From Candidatus Saccharimonadota bacterium (GTDB lineage Bacteria > Patescibacteriota > Saccharimonadia > Saccharimonadales > Saccharimonadaceae): 32,000 nt of DNA. Under the pieces are notes generated by a model. That model was not told where the DNA came from. It worked only from the letters and a program-made list of their open reading frames with translations, and searched no databases. The stretch spans positions 360,001 through 392,000 of the forward strand of contig CP060232.1 of the NCBI GenBank assembly GCA_023898645.1, written 5' to 3'. Position 1 is the stretch's first letter; each line of letters opens with the position of its first letter. Shown here in pieces: positions 23,757 through 31,631 of this stretch. Both the position numbers and the translations under genes were made by a program.

Positions 23757-24089
23757 ATGACAACCTGTTACATAATGGACTGCGGCAGAAAGTTTGACGA
23801 CGGCGACAAGCATCTTGAGCATGACGTCTGGCAAGTGGGCTACTATAACGAAGGTCGCTGGTACTGTTCGCAAAAGCACCTCAAACAAGCCACCAGGCGC
23901 AACGGCTGGCTAATGTTTTTCATGGCAATTTGCGCAATGGTCGGTTTATTTTTCTTGCAATTCCTTATTTATCCGTTCCTTGACAAACATTACTTCGAGC
24001 TAGCTAGTAATACATGGGCATTCTATGCGGCACTGGCCATATGCCCGCTGAGTGCTTGGGTTTTCTACAAACTAGAAAAGTTTGGTTAA
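23757..24089 (+). CDS. Membrane-anchored Zn-ribbon-like protein (111 aa)
   Basis: ATG 23757 follows GGAAAGGAG. The N-terminus has CYIMDC...(30 aa)...YCSQKH (C-x4-C plus C-x3-H) followed by 2-3 TM helices. The GTG 23688 start in the ORF track lies inside the leader structure and is unlikely. Confidence 0.6.
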   Translation: MTTCYIMDCGRKFDDGDKHLEHDVWQVGYYNEGRWYCSQKHLKQATRRNGWLMFFMAICAMVGLFFLQFLIYPFLDKHYFELASNTWAFYAALAICPLSAWVFYKLEKFG

Positions 24090-24203
24090 GTTGACGGCTA
24101 TTATCGGTGGTGAATTACTTGAAAAACCTGTTACAATAGGTTCTGTAATCTTTACAATAAAAAAACAAAAACGGGTTGGGTAAAAAATAGCCAACCAACC
24201 ATT

Positions 24204-25787
24204 ATGAATGATACGAAAAAAGAACAAGAGCGCGCTAAATTGCACGCAACCATATGGAAAATTGCCAACGACTTACGAGGCAGTGTAGATGGCTGGGACT
24301 TCAAGCAGTATGTGCTGGGCATGTTGCTATATCGTTTTATTTCCGAAAACTTGACCAACTACATCAATGTACAAGAGCTACGTGACCCGAGTAATCCTCG
24401 CGACTTTAATTACGCATCACTAAGTGACGACTTCGCAGAACGCGGCCGCACAGAAACTGTTAAAGACAAGGGCTTTTTCATACTACCTAGTGAACTTTTC
24501 GAGAACGTCCGCAAGCGCGCAAAGACCGACGACAATCTCAACGAAACTCTGTCTGGCATTTTCCGTAACATAGAAAATTCCGCCAAGGGTGCTGATAGCG
24601 AAGACGACATAAAGGGTTTGTTTGATGACATTGACGTCAATAGCAACAAACTCGGCTCATCTGTAGACAGGCGCAATAAGCAGCTCATTCGTTTACTGGA
24701 TGCAGTTGGCGATTTGCAGTTAGGCAGCTACAAAGATAATACAATCGATGCCTTTGGCGACGCGTATGAGTTCCTAATGGGGATGTACGCTAGTAATGCC
24801 GGTAAGTCCGGCGGTGAATACTACACGCCCCAGGAGGTTAGTGAGTTACTGGCGCGTATCACTGTTGTTGGCAAAAAAGAGGTTAATAAAGTCTACGACC
24901 CCGCTGTGGGTTCCGGCTCATTGCTTCTTCAGTTTGCGAAGATACTGGGCAAAGATAATGTCCGCAAAGGTTTCTACGGCCAAGAGATTAACCTAACCAC
25001 CTACAACCTATGTCGTATTAACATGATTTTGCACGACATCAACTATACCGAATTCAACATCGCGCACGGCGACACCCTTGTAGAACCAAGCGAGGAACAT
25101 TGGCAGGAAGAGCCGTTCGAGGCAATTGTATCTAATCCGCCATATTCAATTCACTGGGCAGGTGACAGCGACCCACTACTTATTAACGACCCACGCTTTA
25201 GTCCAGCGGGCGTCCTAGCACCAAAGAGCAAGGCAGACCTCGCATTTACTATGCATATGCTTAAATGGCTAGCGACTACTGGCACGGCAGCTATCGTTGA
25301 ATTTCCTGGTGTTCTCTACCGAGGTGGTGCAGAAGCTAAAATTCGTAAATACCTCATAGATAACAACTTTGTTGATGCTGTCATACAGCTTCCTCCTGAC
25401 TTATTCTTTGGAACTGGCATAGCTACCTGCATTCTAGTACTCAAAAAGAGCAAGCACGACAATGCTACGCTTTTCATTGACGCTAGCGCCGAATTTGTGC
25501 GAGGTGGTAACAAGAATAAGCTCAATGAAGCCAATCGCAATAAAATTCTGGAAGCATACACCAATCGCGTTGATGTAGACCACTTTGCAAAGCTTGTGAA
25601 AAATGGCGATATTGCCACGAACGATTACAATATTGCGGTCAGTAGTTATGTTGAACGAGAAGATACACGAGAAATTGTGAATATCGCTGAACTCAACAAT
25701 GACATAAGCCAGATTGTCGCCAGGCAAAGCAAGCTACGCGCAGAGATTGATGCGATTGTGTCAGACATTGAGGGTGGTCATGAGTAA
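24204..25787 (+). CDS. hsdM: Type I restriction-modification methyltransferase subunit HsdM
   Basis: The N-terminal HsdM domain begins LHATIWKIANDLRG. AdoMet motif VYDPAVGSGSLL and catalytic motif IV NPPY (SNPPYS). 527 aa. Confidence 0.9.
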   Translation: MNDTKKEQERAKLHATIWKIANDLRGSVDGWDFKQYVLGMLLYRFISENLTNYINVQELRDPSNPRDFNYASLSDDFAERGRTETVKDKGFFILPSELFENVRKRAKTDDNLNETLSGIFRNIENSAKGADSEDDIKGLFDDIDVNSNKLGSSVDRRNKQLIRLLDAVGDLQLGSYKDNTIDAFGDAYEFLMGMYASNAGKSGGEYYTPQEVSELLARITVVGKKEVNKVYDPAVGSGSLLLQFAKILGKDNVRKGFYGQEINLTTYNLCRINMILHDINYTEFNIAHGDTLVEPSEEHWQEEPFEAIVSNPPYSIHWAGDSDPLLINDPRFSPAGVLAPKSKADLAFTMHMLKWLATTGTAAIVEFPGVLYRGGAEAKIRKYLIDNNFVDAVIQLPPDLFFGTGIATCILVLKKSKHDNATLFIDASAEFVRGGNKNKLNEANRNKILEAYTNRVDVDHFAKLVKNGDIATNDYNIAVSSYVEREDTREIVNIAELNNDISQIVARQSKLRAEIDAIVSDIEGGHE

Positions 25788-26424
25788 GATTGACGACCTC
25801 ATTAAGCAGTTTTGTCCTGACGGTGTGGACTTTATGGAACTAGGTGAGCTACTTGACTATGAACAGCCTGGCAGATACATAGTCAGTAGCACAAATTATA
25901 GTGATGAGCATTCCACGCCGGTTCTTACAGCTGGTCAGAGTTTTATACTGGGTTACACCAACGAAGAGCACGGTATTTACATGGCCAGTTCGGAAAATCC
26001 TGTGATTATATTTGATGATTTTACTACCTCATTCCACTGGGTAGATTTTAACTTCAAGGTGAAATCATCGGCAATGAAAATGCTACGCCTAAAACCTGAC
26101 AATCCTATTGATTTTCGTTTTGCATACTACGCAATGCGATGCATAAACTATAGCCCCACCGACCATGCGCGTCATTGGATTTCTCAATACTCAAAGTTTA
26201 CGATACCTGCACCTCCTCGCGAAGTGCAGCAAGAAATAGTGAAAACACTGGACAAGTTCACACAATTAGAAGCGGAGCTAGAAGCGGAGCTAGAAGCGGA
26301 GCTAGAAGCGGAGCTAGAAGCGAGAAAGAAGCAATACCAATACTATCGCAATCAACTTTTGACATTTGATTCATCGGGGGGGGGCGAAGTGGAAGACCCT
26401 TGGCGAGGTGGCGATGTACTCTAA
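25780..26424 (+). CDS. hsdS: HsdS specificity subunit, N-terminal half (TRD1 plus central conserved helix); frame ends after the G8 tract
   Basis: ATG 25780 overlaps the hsdM stop (ATGAGTAA). TRD1 is followed by LDKFTQ(LEAE)n...RKKQYQYYRNQLLTF. The frame then passes through G8 (26376-26383) and stops at 26422-26424. Confidence 0.85.
   Translation: MSKIDDLIKQFCPDGVDFMELGELLDYEQPGRYIVSSTNYSDEHSTPVLTAGQSFILGYTNEEHGIYMASSENPVIIFDDFTTSFHWVDFNFKVKSSAMKMLRLKPDNPIDFRFAYYAMRCINYSPTDHARHWISQYSKFTIPAPPREVQQEIVKTLDKFTQLEAELEAELEAELEAELEARKKQYQYYRNQLLTFDSSGGGEVEDPWRGGDVL
26266..26321 (+). repeat. 12-bp tandem repeat (AGAAGCGGAGCT) x4.6 inside hsdS
   Basis: Four perfect units at 26267-26314 plus a 7-nt partial unit. 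Together they encode LEAELEAELEAELEAELEA in the central helix. Confidence 0.95.
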
Positions 26425-26956
26425 AGCTAGAATTGAAGCCGAACACCTCAACGATGATAATTACGTTGGGGTTGATAACATTTTGCAAAACCGACAAGGT
26501 AAAACCGCGTCCAGCCATGTACCTAGCTCTGGAAATCTTACACGATTTGATAGAGGTGATGTACTTCTTGGAAACATTCGACCATACTTGAAAAAGATAT
26601 GGCACGCTGACAAAACTGGCGGTACAAACGGTGATGTTTTGGTAATAAAGTTGACAGATGATAGCGTCACGCCAAGATACCTGTACCAAGTTCTATCAGA
26701 TGACAGATTTTTCGACTCCGAAATGAAGTATGCAAAAGGCGCAAAGATGCCACGTGGCGACAAGAATTCGATTATGAAATATCCTGTACCCGTGCCGTCA
26801 ATTCCAAAGCAAAATCATATAGTTTCAGTTTTAGATAAATTTGACGCTTTAGTGCATGATATCACTGAGGGCTTGCCTGCCGAGATAACCGCGCGAAGAA
26901 AACAGTATGAGCATTATCGTAACAAGCTACTGTCATTTACGGAGCTACCTGCATGA
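26366..26956 (+). CDS. hsdS: HsdS C-terminal half (TRD2 plus distal conserved helix), in the +1 frame relative to the N-terminal half
   Basis: KWKTLGEVAMYSKARIE is a typical TRD start, and the sequence ends ARRKQYEHYRNKLLSF. The stop overlaps the hsdR ATG (ATGA). Only weak internal starts are available (TTG 26366, ATG 26414). Confidence 0.8.
   Translation: MIHRGGAKWKTLGEVAMYSKARIEAEHLNDDNYVGVDNILQNRQGKTASSHVPSSGNLTRFDRGDVLLGNIRPYLKKIWHADKTGGTNGDVLVIKLTDDSVTPRYLYQVLSDDRFFDSEMKYAKGAKMPRGDKNSIMKYPVPVPSIPKQNHIVSVLDKFDALVHDITEGLPAEITARRKQYEHYRNKLLSFTELPA
26376..26383 (+). repeat. G8 homopolymer at the TRD1/TRD2 junction of hsdS
   Basis: tcatcGGGGGGGGcgaag, counted directly from the sequence. Confidence 0.95.
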
Positions 26957-29900
26957 ACAAGTACAGCATGGTGGCGGAAAACCCGCATAGTACAGTTGTT
27001 GCCGAGTTTATACCCGCCGCGCGCCGCGCTAGCGATTATCAAAGTGAAGCTGAGCTAGAGCAGGCATTGATTGAACAGCTGCAAAGGCAAGCATACGAGT
27101 ACCTGCGTATCTCCAGCGAAACCGACCTCATTACTAATCTGCGCGCTCAATTAGAAAAACTCAACGATTACCAATTTACCGACACTGAGTGGGAACAGTT
27201 CTTCAAGCAAAACCTCGCCAATCCTAGCGAAAGCATAGAGGAAAAGACTACTACTATTCAGGAAGACCATGTTAAAAACCTAACGCGCGACGATGGTACG
27301 GTTAAAAATATTAGATTGCTCGACAAGGTAAGCATCCACAATAACAGCCTGCAAGTCATCAATCAGTACGAAATTGAGGGCGCACGAGCAAATCGTTACG
27401 ATGTGACAGTATTAGTTAATGGACTACCTCTAGTTCATATAGAACTAAAACGGCGTGGCGTGGACATCAAAGAGGCGTTTAACCAAATAAACCGTTACCA
27501 GCGCGATAGCTTCTGGGCAGGTAGTGGGCTATTCGAGTACGTGCAGTTATTTGTCATTAGCAACGGAACGTACACAAAGTATTACAGCAACACCACTCGT
27601 AACCAGCACGTTAAAGACGGTGGCAATATCAATAAAAAAGGCAAAAAGACCAGCAACAGCTATGAGTTTACAAGTTGGTGGGCAGACGCTCGCAACAAGC
27701 CAATTACTGATTTGACCGATTTTGTTGCAACGTTTTTTGCAAAACATTCACTACTGAATGTGATTACTAAATACTGCGTATTTACAAGCGACCGTTTACT
27801 GCTGGCGATGCGGCCATACCAGATTGTAGCAACCGAGCGTATTCTTAACCGCGTAGAGGTTAGTACTAACTATAAAAAGTTAGGCACCATAGAGGCGGGT
27901 GGCTACGTTTGGCACACCACCGGTTCAGGTAAAACGCTGACCAGTTTCAAGACCGCTCAGCTAGCAAGCAAGCTAGAAGACGTAGAAAAAGTACTATTCG
28001 TGGTAGACCGCAAAGACTTGGACTACCAGACAATGAAAGAGTACGACAAGTTCGAAAAAGGCGCCGCGAACAGCAACACAAGCACCGCGAAACTCAAAAA
28101 ACAGTTGGAAGACCCGAACGCTCGCATCATTATCACGACTATCCAAAAGCTAGATAAGTTCATCAAAAAGAATGAGGGGCACCGCATTTTTGACGGACAC
28201 ATCGTTTTAATTTTTGACGAATGTCACCGCAGTCAGTTTGGCGATATGCATCACTCCATTACCAAGAGCTTCAAGAATTACCACCTTTTTGGTTTTACGG
28301 GCACTCCTATTTTTCCGCAGAATATATCAAGTGGTGGACGCGCCGACCTTAAGACCACCGAGCAAGCCTTTGGCGAAAAGTTGCACACATACACCATTGT
28401 TGACGCCATTACCGATAAGAACGTTTTGCCATTCCGCATTGACTACATCAGTACTGTACGTGAAGCAGAAGATATAGACGACGAACAGGTGCGTAGCATT
28501 GATACTGAGGCAATCTTAGGAGCGCCGGAACGCATTAGCAAGGTCGTGCAATATATTCGCGACCACTTCGACCAGAAGACTAAGCGGAACAGCACCTACA
28601 TGTTTACCGGTGCGCTGCAAAACATTCACGAGGTTGCCACCGCGCGCGACAGGCACGCCATCGAAGAAATAAAGCAGCGTATTCGACTTAGCGGCTTTAA
28701 CTCTATTTTCGCTGTCAGTTCTATAGAAACGGCAAAAAAGTACTACGCCGAATTCAAGCGCCAGCAAGCAGAGGCTCCAGAGGCGTTACGGCTCAAAGTG
28801 GCTATTATTTATAGCTACGGCGCCAACGAAGACGAAGAACTTTTTGACGGGCTAGAAGACGAGAACAGTGAGGGTACCGAGGGGCTAGATAGTAGTTCAC
28901 GCGACTTTCTTGATAACGCAATTCGCGATTACAACCAGATGTTTGCAACTAGCTATGATACATCAGCCGACAACTTCCAGAATTATTACAAGGACGTGTC
29001 GCTACGTATGAAAAACCGCGAAATCGACCTGCTTATTGTGGTTAACATGTTCCTTACTGGCTTTGATGCAACGACCCTCAATACGCTGTGGGTGGACAAA
29101 AAGTTGCGGTCACACGGTTTGCTGCAAGCATATTCTCGCACCAATCGTATCCTAAACTCAGTTAAAACTTTTGGTAATATCGTGAGTTTCCGTAACCTTG
29201 AAAAAGCCACCAATGACGCCTTGGCATTGTTTGGTGACAAAGAAGCCGGTGGCATTGTGCTGCTCAAGAGCTATAACGATTACTACAATGGCTACGACGA
29301 CAACGGTAAACATCAGCGCGGATACGTGGAGCTGGTTACCGAGCTAATGGAGCGGTTCCCTGTAGGTCAACAAATCATTGGTGAGCAGGCTCAGAAAGAG
29401 TTTATTAAGCTATACGGGGGCATCCTGCGCGTGCGTAACATCCTGAGTACGTTCGACGATTTTGAGGGCAATGAAATTCTTTCTGCCCGTGATGTTCAAG
29501 ACTACCACAGTATGTATATCAATTTGTATAACGAGTTCCGCAAGGGTACCGATGCCGACAAAGAAAACGTCAATGACGATGTTGTGTTTGAGATGGAGCT
29601 GATTAAGCAGGTAGAAATAAACATTGATTATATCCTTGAACTGATACGCAAGTACCACGCCGGAAACCAAGAAGACAAAGAACTACTCGTTGACATCAAT
29701 AAGGCTGTTGATAGTAGCGTTGAGCTACGCAACAAGAAAGACTTGATAGAACAATTCATTACCTCACTCAACGTCAATTCATCGGTAGATGAAGACTGGC
29801 GTAAATTCGTCGATACTAAAAAGGTAGAAGAACTTAACCGCATTATCCAGGAAGAGGGATTAGACCACGATGAAACCTATCGCTTTGTAGACAATGCATT

Positions 29901-30072
29901 CCGCGATGGCTCGCTGCAATCCACCGGCACGGCAATTGCTAAAATTCTGCCGCCCGTATCACGCTTTTCAGCAGATAACTCACGCGGCAAAAAGCGCGAA
30001 ACGGTGCTCGACAAGCTGACCAACTTCTTTAATAAATTCTTTGATATATCTAGCGGCAAAATGGAGGACTAG
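26953..30072 (+). CDS. hsdR: Type I restriction enzyme R subunit HsdR (type IC-like, 1039 aa)
   Basis: N-terminal nuclease region (VLVNGLPLVHIELKRRG), SF2 helicase motifs (HTTGSGKT, DECHRSQ, FTGTP) and a C-terminal helical domain. The length matches EcoR124I-type HsdR. Confidence 0.9.
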   Translation: MNKYSMVAENPHSTVVAEFIPAARRASDYQSEAELEQALIEQLQRQAYEYLRISSETDLITNLRAQLEKLNDYQFTDTEWEQFFKQNLANPSESIEEKTTTIQEDHVKNLTRDDGTVKNIRLLDKVSIHNNSLQVINQYEIEGARANRYDVTVLVNGLPLVHIELKRRGVDIKEAFNQINRYQRDSFWAGSGLFEYVQLFVISNGTYTKYYSNTTRNQHVKDGGNINKKGKKTSNSYEFTSWWADARNKPITDLTDFVATFFAKHSLLNVITKYCVFTSDRLLLAMRPYQIVATERILNRVEVSTNYKKLGTIEAGGYVWHTTGSGKTLTSFKTAQLASKLEDVEKVLFVVDRKDLDYQTMKEYDKFEKGAANSNTSTAKLKKQLEDPNARIIITTIQKLDKFIKKNEGHRIFDGHIVLIFDECHRSQFGDMHHSITKSFKNYHLFGFTGTPIFPQNISSGGRADLKTTEQAFGEKLHTYTIVDAITDKNVLPFRIDYISTVREAEDIDDEQVRSIDTEAILGAPERISKVVQYIRDHFDQKTKRNSTYMFTGALQNIHEVATARDRHAIEEIKQRIRLSGFNSIFAVSSIETAKKYYAEFKRQQAEAPEALRLKVAIIYSYGANEDEELFDGLEDENSEGTEGLDSSSRDFLDNAIRDYNQMFATSYDTSADNFQNYYKDVSLRMKNREIDLLIVVNMFLTGFDATTLNTLWVDKKLRSHGLLQAYSRTNRILNSVKTFGNIVSFRNLEKATNDALALFGDKEAGGIVLLKSYNDYYNGYDDNGKHQRGYVELVTELMERFPVGQQIIGEQAQKEFIKLYGGILRVRNILSTFDDFEGNEILSARDVQDYHSMYINLYNEFRKGTDADKENVNDDVVFEMELIKQVEINIDYILELIRKYHAGNQEDKELLVDINKAVDSSVELRNKKDLIEQFITSLNVNSSVDEDWRKFVDTKKVEELNRIIQEEGLDHDETYRFVDNAFRDGSLQSTGTAIAKILPPVSRFSADNSRGKKRETVLDKLTNFFNKFFDISSGKMED

Positions 30073-30077
30073 CAAAT

Positions 30078-30680
30078 ATGTCAAAAGGAATAATCTACTT
30101 AATGTCCACCGCCGTATCTGGCCTGGTGAAGATTGGCAAAACTGGCACGGTCAATTATCCAGAACGAATGCGCTTCCTGGAGGCTAATGGATACTACAAC
30201 GTTGCGGGCTTACGACGCTATTTCGCTATCGAGCTTGAAGATTATGACGATAAAGAAAGTCTACTGCACGAAATTTTTAGCAAACACCAAGTTGGTACCA
30301 GCGAGCTTTTTGCGTTAGACCAAGACCTAGTACGTCAATTGTTGCTATCATTTGATGGTAAAGTTATCTATCCTGAAAAAATCAACAAGGAAAAAGAGTT
30401 CGACGAAGTGGCGACCGCCCGCAAGCAAGGTGCGTTATTCAGCTTTTACCGTAAAGGTTTGCAAGACGGTGACGAAATCAACTTTATATCTGATAAATCT
30501 ATTATCGCAACCGTCAGCGGAGAGCGAGAAGTTGAGTACGGCGGTCAAGTATGGAAGTTGTCACCACTAACATACAAGATTTTCGAGGATAAGGGGCAGC
30601 TAAACAGTAGCGGCGCCTATCAGGGTGCAAACTATTGGCAATTCAATAATCACAAACTAAAAGATTTGCCTGATAAGTAG
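30078..30680 (+). CDS. GIY-YIG-like T5orf172 domain protein with a DUF4357-like C-terminal domain
   Basis: The N-terminus GIIYLMS...GLVKIGKT...ERMRFL...ELF fits the T5orf172 pattern. The C-terminus EINF...ATV...EVEYGGQVWKLSPL...YWQFNNHKLKDL fits DUF4357. It starts 5 nt after the hsdR stop, with GGAGGA upstream. Confidence 0.7.
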   Translation: MSKGIIYLMSTAVSGLVKIGKTGTVNYPERMRFLEANGYYNVAGLRRYFAIELEDYDDKESLLHEIFSKHQVGTSELFALDQDLVRQLLLSFDGKVIYPEKINKEKEFDEVATARKQGALFSFYRKGLQDGDEINFISDKSIIATVSGEREVEYGGQVWKLSPLTYKIFEDKGQLNSSGAYQGANYWQFNNHKLKDLPDK

Positions 30681-30888
30681 TCGGTTCTAACCTATATTTC
30701 AAATTTTCCGAAAAATTTTTGGCAACGACATATCGACACATGTGGTGAGGGTGTCACTGCCTACCCCCCCGCCCCTTGTCAACTATGTAGGCAACGGTGG
30801 TGGGAGTGCGCGAACCGCCACGCCGGAGGCCAGTTACCTCTGTTCAGTCTATTGATGTAATCTGTTTTAAGCTATAGAATAAGTGAGT

Positions 30889-30957
30889 AGCGCGGTTCTG
30901 ACTTCTGCCAGAACGGTGCACCAATTAAAATATCGAGGCTTGCCCTCGGTTTTTTAA
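30889..30957 (+). terminator. Two-hairpin 3' element ending in a rho-independent terminator
   Basis: First hairpin: GCGCGGTTCTG-(8 nt)-CAGAACGGTGC (30889-30918; 11-bp stem with 1 mismatch and 1 G-U pair). Second: CGAGG-CTTGC-CCTCG (30934-30948) followed by GTTTTTT. Confidence 0.6.
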
Positions 30958-31049
30958 TTGGTTTGTGTCTATGTGTTCTAACTCTCGACCTCGACCCGAA
31001 AACTATAGTCGAGCATTTTGGGCTTATGCACTTACAAATATACGAATGT

Positions 31050-31078
31050 TTGCATTTTTGCGAATGGTTGTGTATACT
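31050..31078 (+). promoter_or_regulatory. Sigma70-type promoter of the ArsR-like gene (leaderless geometry)
   Basis: TTGCAT (31050-31055), 17-nt spacer, TATACT (31073-31078) preceded by TGtg. ATG 31086 starts 7 nt after the -10 hexamer. Confidence 0.55.
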
Positions 31079-31085
31079 CAAAAAT

Positions 31086-31631
31086 ATGAAAATGACAGAC
31101 TTGCTACTTCACCCCGTACGAATCCGTATCCTCCAAGCTTTTTTAGGGGAGCGTGAGCTAACGACTGCTCAGCTTGCGGCAGAAATGGGTGATATTCCTC
31201 CGGGCAGGATTTATCGACATGTAACTTTGCTAGCCGATGCGGGAGTTTTGGAAGTTAAGTCCGAACGGCGAGTGCGTGGCGCAGTTGAGCGTTCATATGG
31301 CTTGGGGATCAAGACCAAACCTGATGTAGCAGAAATAAAAAAAATGACCCGTGATGAACATCTGCAGGCTTTTACGGCATATGTAACCGGACTGCTAGCA
31401 AGTTATGAACGGTATCTTGATAGTGACAAGCCGGATCTGGTACGTGATGGCGTTGGTTATTCTATGAATGCATTGTGGCTGAGTGATGACGAGTATGCTG
31501 ATTTCGTAAAAGATATCGCAGCCGTCGTAACGAAACGGACAAAAAATAAACCAACAGCAGAGCGAAAGCGTCGCCTGATAGCGAGCGCATTTATGCCACT
31601 GCTTAACAACAAGGAGGGATCGAATGACTGA
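31086..31631 (+). CDS. ArsR-family-like winged-helix transcriptional regulator
   Basis: MKMTDLLLHPVRIRILQAFLGERELTTAQLAAEMGDIPPGRIYRHVTLLADAGVL is a typical HTH_20/ArsR N-terminus. The ORF-track start at 30963 lies upstream of the promoter and is unlikely. Confidence 0.7.
   Translation: MKMTDLLLHPVRIRILQAFLGERELTTAQLAAEMGDIPPGRIYRHVTLLADAGVLEVKSERRVRGAVERSYGLGIKTKPDVAEIKKMTRDEHLQAFTAYVTGLLASYERYLDSDKPDLVRDGVGYSMNALWLSDDEYADFVKDIAAVVTKRTKNKPTAERKRRLIASAFMPLLNNKEGSND

Larger units (their letters stand above)
18916..30692. mobile_element. Integrative island of about 11.7 kb at tRNA-Gly (serine-recombinase type) carrying a replication module and a type I R-M operon
   Basis: A tRNA-adjacent large serine recombinase, a P-loop replication protein, phage/plasmid-like small ORFs and defence cargo. 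GGTTCTAACC occurs at 18976-18985 and again at 30683-30692. The left edge is good to about 70 bp. The right edge is uncertain and lies somewhere in 30.68-30.96 kb. Confidence 0.6.

Noticed and set aside
26266-26321. Possible CRISPR-like or minisatellite array.
   Set aside because: The units are 12 bp, directly abutting with no spacers, and in frame within hsdS. It is a coding tandem repeat, not a CRISPR array.
26175-26369. ORF encoding a (GARS)n repeat.
   Set aside because: It is simply the 12-bp hsdS tandem repeat read in another frame. The hsdS frame is supported by flanking conserved HsdS sequence.
30885-30921. Sequence ending ...CAGAACGGTGCACCA, considered as the displaced original 3' end of tRNA-Gly (an attR tRNA fragment).
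   Set aside because: It has no TTCGA-type T loop, its acceptor strand is not similar to CACCCGC, and only the trivial GCACCA is shared. I treat it as a plain hairpin.
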